Of a stretch of 64,000 bases of DNA, positions 1 to 23,700 are shown one piece after another. How positions within the stretch are numbered: position 1 is the stretch's first letter; each line of letters opens with the position of its first letter. This DNA is from Perna viridis (lineage: Eukaryota): NCBI GenBank assembly GCA_037379345.1, contig CM074511.1, positions 46,196,862 to 46,260,861 of the forward strand, given 5' to 3'. Under the pieces are notes generated by a model, which made no database searches, was not told the DNA's origin, and was given only the letters and a program-made list of their open reading frames with translations. The translations under genes and the position numbers were made by a program.

Positions 1-621
1 TACCAGCAGCTGAAAGTCAAAACTTAGGTGACTCACCATCAGTTAATAGAGCTAAGTGCAAAGAACATCAGCCATTTCAGCTTGATTTGTGTAAAAATGA
101 CTCACTTCTTATGCTGGAAATAAAGAAAGCTTTGCCTCTAATGAAAAGCAAACAGATTAATTTGAATGATTTAGTTAAAGACTGCATCAAGAACCACAAA
201 CTTCAGAAGAATTCTAGGGAAGGTAAACAACAGAAATGTGCCTGCATCTTCTGTGTTATGGAGAACTCTACTTTCATTTTGTCTCCTGAGATGTTGTTTA
301 AAGCTTTTGTAAAATTTCTTTTCAAAGTTTTTTCTTGTATGGATGTTAAGTTTTTCCATAGTTGATTTGTTTGTAATTCAGTCGTTTGTAAAAATGTGAA
401 CCTGAAATCCAAAGGCTTGTAAATTTCAGTATGCTAATATTCAAATGAAATATAAAATGATTTATGGTGCTCAATCATTAGTGCTTTAGATGAATTGATT
501 GGTTTTGCTGTGGATTTTATATATGTTGTAAGAATGATTTGTTATTACTAAATAAAACTGTGATACATTTACAAACTTTTATTCATTTCATCTTAAACTA
601 GTTTGATTAACATGTATAATA

Positions 622-774
622 CAATGAAACCTGTGTAAACTGAACCCCTTATGATTTGTCCAGTTTAAACAGGTGTTTGGTTTACCAAGGTTAAATGTAC
701 ATTTAAGTGGGACTTTAAAAAATGTTTGGTTTAGACAAGTGTTTGCATTATTCAGGGTTAGATGGGTTTCAATG
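622..774. mobile_element. TA-flanked Tc1/mariner(pogo)-type MITE
   Basis: TA|CAATGAAACC...GGTTTCAATG|TA imperfect terminal inverted repeats. Confidence 0.55.
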
Positions 775-1794
775 TATATGATAAGCTGTTTATTGGTTCT
801 TAAGATGATTACAAGAATAAATTCCAAAGAAAATGACAATTTTGTATATAAAGTACTGATACTCTACCGTTGAATCAAATCCTTATATTTTCATCTATTT
901 AAAACAACATTATCCAGTAAAACAAAACCACATAGTAAACAAACCAGTAATAATTTTAAGAATTTTTGTGTACAAAAGGTTCAAACTGACATATCTGCCA
1001 AAAGTGGATACCTTGTCAAAGAAACAATACAAAGGAAAAGAAGGGAATGTACACATATTTGCCTTAGACATAGCTGTGATATGAATTACAGTTAGAATTT
1101 ATTGTGTAAACAAATGGATTAATTTGATTTGCAGTATAAGCCCCAAGGGATAGGAAGTCATATCAATGTTACATGTCTTTGATGTTTTGTATTACAATTA
1201 TTGGCTGTTTACAGACACTATTATATAATGGCTAGCATGTTTACTTAGCCCTAATGGGCTTAGTTTTTCACAAGGATGTCTGAATGTGACAATATGGCAT
1301 AGATTTATTCTTTCGTGGTGTTTATTTTAAATGACTTAACTGGGGTTTAAATGGCAGATGTAGAAGAGGGCCAATACATAAGAATAAATGTACGTAGATA
1401 CATTTATCTATGTCAGTCGCACAGACATAGAGAATTTAGAAATGGTACGATTATTCAAATGGGGCGATATGTACTAAAGTTTGTTATCGGGTGTTACCGT
1501 TGATCATAAGGTGAAGTCAGAGAGACTTCCTCATATAATGCAAAATGGCACATTTTCAGGCAGGAACGGCAGTTGCACCGTCTACGCAAGTTGAAATTAG
1601 TGTCTCATGTCGGTAGGGTATTACTGTGTCATCACATAACACACCCAGAATTACTTAAAGAGAATACTAGTAAGTTGTTATCTATCACCATAGATAGTCT
1701 AATCAAATTTTAAGAGATATTGTTATAAAAGGATAAACTATTTCCCTAGTTTCTAAAGTATGGAGATACAAGGTTTTCATGGTTATTATAAATA

Positions 1795-1975
1795 TAAAAA
1801 TAGGATGTGGTATGATTGCCAATGAGACAGTCATCCACCAAATACTAAGTAATGAACAGTTAAACTTCTACAGGTTACCATACAGTCTTTAATGATGGGC
1901 AAAATCCATACCATAAAGCAAGCAGTAAAAGGCCCCAAAATGAATGCAGTGAAACTATTCATTAAAGACAAAAAC
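1795..1975 (+). repeat. Abundant mussel-type interspersed repeat fragment
   Basis: GATGTGGTATGATTGCCAATGAGACA...CCATACC...AAAAGGCCCC, recognised from memory as a common Mytilus repeat; not checked by search. Confidence 0.5.
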
Positions 1976-2951
1976 ACACCTAAAAATAGGGGTTAAATGC
2001 CCTTGTGTTCTATTATTAAAGCAGTGTATGAGCTTTCTACACAGTAAAATTTCTCTTTTTACTAATTTTTTCATGAAAGCAAATTTCTGATAAGTCTTAC
2101 TGAGGAGTTATCACTTGGCCTAAATAGAATTTAGCTCTTCAATATATCAACAGAAATGTAATAGATGATGGAAGATTGGATGTATACTTTCTTCTTTTTT
2201 TAATATTATCTTTTTCTGTTATATATCATTAGCCATGCTTTACACATACTGTAAGATAGCTCAAAAACGCTTTGAGGGATTTTCATGATATTTTCAATCT
2301 GGTCCAATGTTAGATTACATGGAAGCAAGTACATTCCTTTTCATTGTTTTCCAATGTGTCTCAGAGTCATTGTACACAAAAAAGGGGTAACAGGCATATA
2401 ATGTGCTTAAGTAAATCTATTTAATATTCTTTATCTGATTATATATACAATATCTACTTGTTTACAAACTTGGTGAGTGAAGTTCAGGATTTTCAGCAAT
2501 TTTTAACCGATTAAGAACTAATGCTGTAAGCGTTGATGTGGATTTTCATGCTCAAATCTTTAATAAGATAATAATTTAATCTGATTTTAGTCCTAAGCTG
2601 GGAAGAAAAAAGGAGATTAAATGATATACAGTGTTTTCATAGACAGATAAAGAAAAAGCAGATGAGAAATTTTAATTGTGTTATTATAATTACATTTGTG
2701 AACTATAATATTGTCCTAAACCTTTGACAGACTTGAACACAACAGTAATATTTGTTTATCAATTATCCTTCCATTACGTAATTCTACTGGGAATAGAAAA
2801 ATATGATAAAATGTTTTTGACTAAATTAGAATAAATACATTTAGCAGTGAAGATTCCTGGAACTAAGACTAGTTGATTAAATGTGTAAAACTTTTGTAGA
2901 CTTATTTCAAGTTCACATAGTTAGTTCTAAACAGTTGTCTTTCTTTTGTAG

Positions 2952-14767
<11,816 letters not shown>

Positions 14768-15735
14768 TGAGTTTAGGTGCTATGAACTGAATCTAGTCAT
14801 TGGATTTTTAAGGATGTTGTGAGGTTTAGAAATACTGATCAATTGTTTGAAAGATTGTTATTTGTAAGTTAATCGACCAAAGTATATCATTCTGTTAAAA
14901 ATTGTTATTAGTTGTTTACATGTAGCTCAAAAAGAGGTTTTGGACCAATGCAATGGTATATTGAAGACTATAAGTTCAGTGACAAAATAATTTGAGTAAT
15001 GACTTGGACCATGATTGATAAAGTGATGAAGTTTTTATCAGGTTGTTTTTAAGTTTGATTTTTTGTTGGAGCGCTCTAAGTGTAAAGCCATCTTGTTTCA
15101 GTAATGTCATCTACACCTCTCTTAAAATATCTTTTTTGAAGATGATTTTATTATTAAAGTTTTCAAGTATTAAACAATGCAAATCACCATCCTTTAAAAC
15201 TGTTTGATTGATTTGTGATACTTGAACTGAATGTTCATGTATCTGTGATGACAGTAATACTACAGTATATTTAGGGGTATAATGCGATCAAATGATCAAG
15301 TATGCATGAAAGGCATACACTGTTAGCATGATACATGTATTTTCATTGAAATTTTATGGATGTTATTATTTTTCCTAGGGTAAGACTGGGTTTGGCATTG
15401 TGTGTTACAAGATTTTTATAAATTTGGTATTAAACAAATTTTCAGAAAATAAGTGGGGTTAAGTCAAAATTTACAACTATCCTTGAAAACAACACTAATT
15501 GAAGAGTTTATTCATGTAGAAGATGTATCCTCTGAACCTCTATAATGTGCAATGGTTGTGTATTGAGGTTATATCATTTAATTCCATACAATGTACATAT
15601 TTTCCCATGGTTCATTTATAGAATCTCATCTTACTGGAAATGTTATTGTTTTTTATTATTGTTTTTGTAAATATGTATCCTAAGAGATATGAAATGTGAT
15701 ATTCTTTTATTTATTTGAAAAGAACAACAAAGACA

Positions 15736-15741
15736 AATAAA
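15736..15741 (+). terminator. Probable polyadenylation signal of DDX43
   Basis: AATAAA about 970 nt after the stop codon, followed by T/GT-rich sequence. Confidence 0.5.
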
Positions 15742-15890
15742 ATGTATCACTAATTTGTATGGTTTACTTTTCATTTTGGGTCTATACGCTAATGAATGAT
15801 CTTCCCCAAATTTAACACTCAGTAATGAATTTCCCTAATGGATTTTGAATGAAATCAGTACCTGTTTTTTCTTGAAAGTATTTTGATTTT

Positions 15891-16743
15891 TTTTAGCTCA
15901 CCTGGACATCATTATAAACATTTATAAACAAATTTTCCCTTCTGACAACACTCATCAACTTATCAAAAAAGATAAGAACTTTCATGATCTTGCAGGGAGG
16001 CTTATATCAATCTGGATTTGGTTTGAGTTGCATGAAGGCTTCTTAATTAAGTTTTTGCCTTTGAAAGGTGAAAAATGATGTTTTTTTTTGCCAATATCTT
16101 GAAAACCATAACAGATAGAAAGTTTTATTTGTGAAATGATCCTTATGATATGGTGAACAAATGATTCATTTGAGTTGAAGTTGTAGAACAACTCCTTAGT
16201 TATTGTCCATGAAAAGTGAAAAATGTTTTTTGCAGATTTTAGCTAATATCTTGAAAACTATAATACGTAGCCAAATTCTTTCAATTGCTGAAATGGTCCT
16301 TATTACAAGTCTGGTGGGGATCAAAGTTGTTGGATGACTCCTTGTTAGATTTAGTGCCCTGAAAATGTAAAAAAGGACATTTTTTAAACATTTTCAGCTA
16401 ATATCTTGAAAACTATGATAGATTATATAAAAAGAAACTTTCATTTGCTGAAATGATCCTTATAATAAGGCCTACAAAAGTCTGTGGGGTCAAAGTTGTC
16501 TGATGACTCCTTGTTAAGAGTTATTGCCCTTGAAAGGTAAAAAAAAATATTTTTAGCAGTTTTTAGCCAAAATCTTGAAAACTATAAAAGAAGCTTTGAA
16601 TGGATGAAATGATCCTTATGATAAGACCTATCAAAGTCTTCTTGGAGTCAAAATTATCGGACAACTTCTTGTTAAGAGTTATTGCCCTTGAAAGGCAAAA
16701 ATTGAACCAGGTGATGAATTCAGGCTCCTAGAAGCCTTTTGTT
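15891..16743 (+). mobile_element. HINE-like element with internal ~158-bp tandem array
   Basis: TTTTAGCTCACCTG start, CAGGTGA...AGGCTCCTAGAAGCCT end; GAAATG(A/G)TCCTTAT at 16133, 16290, 16450 and 16606. Confidence 0.8.
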
Positions 16744-18369
16744 TCATTTTAGGTCAAATTTTTAAAAAATTGTTTTTGTTTTTTGTTGTTTTTTTTTTTT
16801 TTGCTTCCTTTGAAAACCCCTGCCTTCATTTGTTAATCAGATATGTTTTACTATTTTTGAGTGATAAGGGGTCAAAGGGGCCACACCCAAAATAAACATT
16901 TGAATTTTTGGTCTTGATATCAAAAATTTTTAATTGAATTTCAATATTGTGCTATATTGTGTCCAAACCAGTTGTGTCTATAATGAATTGTAGGTCCCTG
17001 TGCTTAAGTGTGTTAAAAACTTACAATGTGTCCACACTTGCCAACTGTTCAGGGTTTTACCACTGCAGTTGTATCATGCTGGGCTCTGTAAAGCTCTTTA
17101 TTTCATTTGAATAATTTGAAATTTGGTATGCAGCTTTCATTTAATGGGTTTTAAAAATGGAAAAGACTTACAGCTTGATTGCCCATCAACTTCCTGTTCT
17201 ATGTAACATCTTTATTACTAATTCTACCCCAATTGCCTTGTCCATCCATGTAACTGTTACACTTTTCTGTATCAGATTTGTCAGCTTCAATTGGAGGAAA
17301 TATTTAGATAATTAGAATTTTGTTTTTGCATGATGACTTCTACCATGGTTTAGGTGATACAGAAAGATAATTTGTATAACAAATTTCTTTACTTCTATCG
17401 GAGGAAATGCTTCGATATTTTGGAATCTTGCTTTTTCATGATGACTTCTACATTGTCTACCTTTTATAGGTTTGACAGGCACTGTTGAGTGGGGGTAGGT
17501 ATTCTAAGCAGGATGTAGCCTGCAATATCTTAGCACCTTTAATGATTAATATTTTAAATCTGTGTCCCATGTGTCAACCAGTATCACATATTTGCCATAC
17601 TTCTTTTATGCTTCTTTGGGTTTTGTCATTTTTTATTGCAAAAAACTCTGCAAACCTTCAAGAGAACATTTCACAAAATTTGGTATGTAGCTTCAGTTTT
17701 GATAAAATGTACTATGGACAAGATTTTCAGTTGATACCCTAAACTCATCATCTACCAGTGCTTATCTTTTGGAAGCACAGAATTGTTGAAGCCAATGACC
17801 TATACAGATAATACTTAATTGGCTATGGTGACTCTAAATACATTGATAATAGTGTTTTGGTTTATATATTGCATAAACACTTCTCAGATTTGAGATCTCT
17901 GAAGGCACTTGTATTCATAAGTTTTTACTTATGTCAAATAATTAGTGACTCGGTATGTGAAACCTCCACTAGCCAATTTGCCCAAGGCATGCAAAAACTG
18001 CATTTGACTAGTGCTAATAATATCCTACTTAGTATTGTAATGACCCTAGACTATACAGCTTTTTTTCTTCTAAAATATCCCTGAACATTATGCTAACCTG
18101 ACATGTCATGTTCAATTTTTAAGGGTTGAACTTAACCATGATTGCTAGTGAAATTTTATTTTACTGAGGTAACTCGGGTTGCACAATATGTTTTTGCTGA
18201 TTAATGTGTCCTCTTTAGCGTTTACAATCAGGCTTAAACTAATCAGATTGTCTTATGGGTAATTTTGCATGTATTGTTCCTTAATATGCTACTTCAAACA
18301 CCTGCTGATTTGACTGGTTGAAAGTAGGGGGAGATAACTACAGAAAAATAATCATAAGTTGATTTCACA

Positions 18370-18375
18370 TTTATT
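18370..18375 (-). terminator. Probable polyadenylation signal of ARFGAP1 (about 2.4-kb 3' UTR)
   Basis: TTTATT on + (AATAAA on -) at the end of a long A-rich (+ strand) UTR-like stretch downstream of the stop. Confidence 0.4.
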
Positions 18376-19506
18376 CCTCACTTTCAATGAATACAATTAA
18401 CAACTTTTAAAACATTCTTTCATGTGTTATATACAATGATTTTACTGTTAAAAGAACAATGATTCTATTAGAAATTTCTGATCTTTGGGAAACATAAAAC
18501 AACCTCTAATAGAAAAAAGAATGAATAGCCAATGAAGGTGTAATAGACCAATTTCAAAATAACTTCTCAGTCTATTGAATTTCGTTTTTCAACAAAATCT
18601 CTTTCTAATGAAAATATGTTTACATGTAACAACATAACATGTGAAACACTGAATTATGACCACCATTAGAGAAAGTATGTTTAGCCATCAATTAATGAAA
18701 CATGCTGTAAAAGTGCAGTAACAAAAAAAAAATTAATGAGCTAGTATACAGACTTTTTCTATTTTAAATTTTAATGAATAATGAAGAAATTTTCTCTCAT
18801 GAACTTCTTCCTTTTATTATGATATATGTTCCCACAAATAAAATGGTTCAATGAAGTACATGCATTAATGATTCATACATACAGCTTGTACCACTAGCAC
18901 TTATAACACATTCACCAAAAATAAGTACATCTAAAACCATAAAACAATACTGTACTGCCAGCAGAGCCCAGTGATAAACACAAAAATAAATTTTGTAGAC
19001 ATACATATTGTATAAGAGGGGGAAAAAATTCCTAATTTTAATGCTGGATTTTTTTTTCTTTTTTTTCAAATCAAATTTACAGTAACTCATGTACTAGACA
19101 TAATTTTCCACAATAACTAACAACTGAAAAAAAATATGAGTGACATGACAGCATTTTTAAAGAATTTAAACAAAGTAAGTAGATTGATATTAATTCATGT
19201 AGCCTGCAAAACAAAATACAACAAAAAGAAAACCTGCAGTACAGGTATATAAAGTCAGTGTAGAGTGAATCTAGAATTCATGTTAGTAAGCACACTAAAG
19301 GATACTAGCCCCTATCAACTTATGAACAAATATATACATGTAATGTAGAGTTCCCATTAACTAATTTAATCAATCCATTAAAATTGAAAAAAAAAAATTA
19401 CTCGTTTACCAAATATGGACAAAACTAGTACCTCATTTCTGTGGATGGCAAACTCCAGGTAAGGGTAAAGAAACCCAAAATCAATAGGTTAAACTAGAAA
19501 AAATGT

Positions 19507-19613
19507 GTACATTAAAGTATACTCCGTAACCTCCCAAGAAACCATATCATCAATAATAGTCAGTACACTAAAGTATACTCCCTAACCTCCCAAGAAACCA
19601 TCAGTAATAGTCA
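19507..19613. repeat. Two-copy ~57-bp tandem duplication
   Basis: GTACA(T/C)TAAAGTATACTCC(G/C)TAACCTCCCAAGAAACCAT...AATAGTCA occurs twice. Confidence 0.8.
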
Positions 19614-19827
19614 AACAGGAAATTGTTTAATGAGGCCCAAGTTTAAAATTAAATTCCACAATAGAACTTCTTTATAAAAAGCTTCTGTCCAAATTTCAAA
19701 TATTTGTGGTGAGAAAACTACCCTCTTGATTGACAAATGATAACGTCTATGTTTTACATCAAGAAAACCCCAGAAATCTTTCAAACGAAAAATTGAAAAA
19801 TAAGCAATGCACAATGGGATCAAGATC

Positions 19828-20044
19828 AATGGGTGACAAGACAAATGGACATCCTGATCACTGTGTCCTGCTTATACTAAATGGGTGACAAGACAAATGG
19901 ACATCCTGATCACTGTGTCCTGCCTATACTAAATGGGTGACAAGACAAATGGACATCCTGATCACTGTGTCCTGCCTATACTAAATGGGTGACAAGACAA
20001 ATGGACATCCTGATCACTGTAACCTGTCCTGCTTATACTAAATG
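19828..20044. repeat. 4 x 52-bp tandem repeat in the ARFGAP1 3' UTR region
   Basis: AATGGGTGACAAGACAAATGGACATCCTGATCACTGTGTCCTGC(T/C)TATACTA at 19828, 19880, 19932 and 19984. Confidence 0.95.
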
Positions 20045-20734
20045 TGAGTACAACATATCACAACTATAAGATATATTTTGGCATCAATGATGACAATATA
20101 GTCTTGGTACCTGCTACTGAATACTACATAATGCTTAACAATTTTTTTATACCAATGTTAAGTTAAAATGACACGAGCATCTAAGTTTCCGTCATAAAAT
20201 CATGTGTCGATTTCATCAATCATACAACAGGAATGTGAAGTTCACAAAACACAAACATCAGCACCAGTCATATCATCTCCAAACTAAAATCTTTCAATTT
20301 TGTTATTTACAAATAAAACATCCACTATATGACCTTTGCTGAGAAGCCATATGATGTACTTGTCCTCTTAGCTTAAGTCTATATAAAGCTTATTGCACAT
20401 GCTAACACAACCAGCAAACTATCATGAATTTATCATCAATAGCTAGCCGTACTACTGGCCATATCAAGATATTTCAATAGTTGGAAATAAAGGTAACATT
20501 TCAATTAATTTCATAGCCCTTCTCTGCTAATAAAAATGAGTTATAGAATATTAAAATCTGGAGATAATCTGTTGGACAATTAAATCTATTACATTGATTT
20601 ATTTCTTTTTGTAAACAAACAGAATTGATCCATGGTATTGGACATTAAATCCTTAAATTATTTGTCCAGTGTAAAGAATGGATGTACTGGTAATGTATGC
20701 ACATTAAAACATCAATTGGCGAATTTTTCTTCTT

Positions 20735-23700
20735 TCACTTAAGTTTCCTATTATCAGATGCTGTATCTAGACTTTGCCAATCATCATCCTCATCTTCATT
20801 TGCCCATACTTCATTGTCCCAGCCAGAATTTCCGTTGGTTGTTACTTCAGAGTCCTCACCAAGGTCCAAAAGATTTCCCACTAATGGTTGTTTCTGTTTT
20901 TGTTTATCACTAGAACTGAAGCCAGTATTCCAGTCCACATCTTCCCAGCCATCACTTGATTTACCTTTAGAAGATTTTTTTACTTTTTCATTTGTATTGT
21001 CACCCCAGTTGTCCCAATCATCTTCAGTTTTCTTTGGTTTAGGTTTAGAACTAGATTTTCCAATTAAGGAATCATCGTCATTATTCAACCAAGATTCTAG
21101 ATCATCATCAGCTTGTTTTGTGTCATAGCCCGAAGAGGAGCTTTCTGATTTCATTGCTCCTTTAGATCCTTTACTATCCCAATCATTACCCCAGCCCCAG
21201 GAATCATCATCCTCTTCAGATAACAGTCTGTTTTTACTGGGATCTCTGTCAAAATATATAAAATGATTGTTTTCTTCATTTAATGAGCATTAGCACCAAC
21301 AGTATTCAAGTATCCAATCCATATAACATATAGATTTGGTCTCTACAGCACAGGATGGAATGATTTTACATGAGATCTTTTTCAGCACCATTACAATTTA
21401 TTTTTAATTAAGAAATAAATCACATAAAACTCCATTTTATCATTGTTTTACCATGGGCTGGCCTTTTATGTTGCATTATTTTACCCTGAGCAATAGCAAG
21501 GGGTTAAATAACAACATAAATGGCCAGCCCGTGGTAATACAATGATAAAAGCAGTTTCCGTGATTTATTTCGATTCTAATAGGACTAGTTTCTTCATATT
21601 TTTTAATAGAAGCAGCCTATGAGCACAAAATGTTGGTCATGTTTATCACTTTTTTTACATGTCTATGATCTAAAGAGCTTTGAAGCACATCATATTAGAA
21701 TTTATCCATACGCATTACCATATAGTTCTCTAACACTGCATTATGTTTCATGGTATTCAACAAGTAATAAAAGAACACTTGCACACAACAGATTGACATA
21801 CAGAGGGACACATGGACAAAATCCTACCCCTCCCCTAAACTTCATTTGCAGGTAATGATATAATCAACATTGAATGTTCTTATCATTTTGAAACTTGTAT
21901 TGATTAATGTGATAATTTATTTTCTGTATAAATTTTCAAACTTTCACTTACTTATCTGGAGATGAGTTTCCACTCAACAAAGTCGATTTTTCTCCAGGAC
22001 TGGTATCTACTGATGACAAAGTTGTCTTAGGCTCTCCCCAAAGTGACTGAAAATTATTCCAACCCTTGGAGCTGGCACTAGACAGCTGAAATATTTACTG
22101 ATACTGTTACATTACCATGGTCATACTTAATACATTGATAATGGTACGATGTACTATACATAATTTTGTCACTGATATTTTATACAAGCCTTGTCTAACA
22201 ATGGCTAATCTCAATTTGATATTTTTGCCATGTCAAAGTAAAATCTATAAATCTATAATGTGTAACAATGAGTTGACACGTTGATACATCGAAGTAGCAG
22301 ACAAAAGCTGATATGCTTAAAACAAGAGGCTCCCAGGAGCCTGAATTGCTCACCAGGTTAAATTCTGTCTTTTAAGGGCAAAAAATTGAACAAGAAGTAG
22401 TCCAAAAATTTCAACTCAAGAAGACTTTGGTAGGATTATCATAAAGATCATTTCAGCAATTGAAAGTTTCTTTCTATGTATTATAGTTTTCAAGATATTG
22501 GCTGAAAACTGTAAAAAAAACAAAAAAACAAAAAAACATCATTTTTCATCTTTCAAGGGCAATAACTCTTACAAGGAGTCCTCTGACAACTTTGATCCCT
22601 CGAAGACTTTTGTGGGCCTTATAAGGGTCATTTCAGCAATTGAAAAAAATTGGATAATTCTTACGCTTTTGTAAATATGGCTCACCTTGTTAAATTTTTG
22701 CCTTTCAAGGCCAATAACCCTAACAATGAGTTGTCCGACAATTTTGACTCCATTTGATTCATTGGAGACTTTTGTAAGCCTTACAATAAGGATCATTTCA
22801 GCAAATGAAAGCCATTTGCTAAACCTAACAGATTTGGAGAGGTATGTAAAAATCTGCTGTCTGACCCCACTGTTCTATTTTTATAAACGACAGCCATGTT
22901 TTTTAACCAATCAAAAATCCAAAGTCATTTTGTTAAGGATACCCTATAAAACAAAAATGTCAACTTTCATTGAATTTTGTAGAATGGTTTCTGAGGAGAA
23001 GATTTGTTAAAGTAATAACATCAAAAATAGCAAAAAATGTCCAAAAAGAGCAATAACTCCAACATGGGTCAACAGATTTTCACCAAAATTTGGCCACAGA
23101 TAGATCTCATCATGCTGAATACTTTTACCCCATCAGAAACCTAAATGTTATAAAGATATATGCAAAAATCTGCTGTTTGACTCCTATGTTCTATTTTTAG
23201 TAATGACGGCCAAGTTTTCAAACAGATCAAAAATCCAAACGGTCCTTCGTGCAGGATACCCTAAGGAACAACTATCATGAGTTTCCTCTAAATCCAATCC
23301 GTAGTTACAGAGGAAAAGATGTTTGAAGAAATTGTTAACGACGATGACAACAGACAACGACGATGGATGCCAAGTGTTGGCAATAGCTAACATGGCCTAC
23401 AGCCAGGTGAGCTAAAAAGTGCAATAACTCCAACATGGCTGAACATATTAAATTGAAAATTTTTACCACAGATTGATCTTATCATACTGAACACTTTTAC
23501 TATGTCAGAATTTGGCTTAACATAATGGTTTTGGAGATATAAATGTGAAAACTACTATCTGACACCTATGTTCTATTATTAATAAAGGTGGCCATGTTTT
23601 TTGACATAACTTGACCAAGTTGTGTCAGAGGAGAAGAGTTTTGAAAAATTGTTAACAACAACAACGAATGACTATAAAGACAAATGCCAAGTGATGGCAA

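Noticed and set aside
1400-1740. CpG-richer patch as a possible upstream DDX43 exon or ncRNA
   Set aside because: No frame resembles the DDX43 N-terminal/KH region and no RNA-gene motif was recognisable.
20697-21128. 143-aa Ser-rich ORF on + strand
   Set aside because: Antisense shadow of the ARFGAP1 terminal exon.
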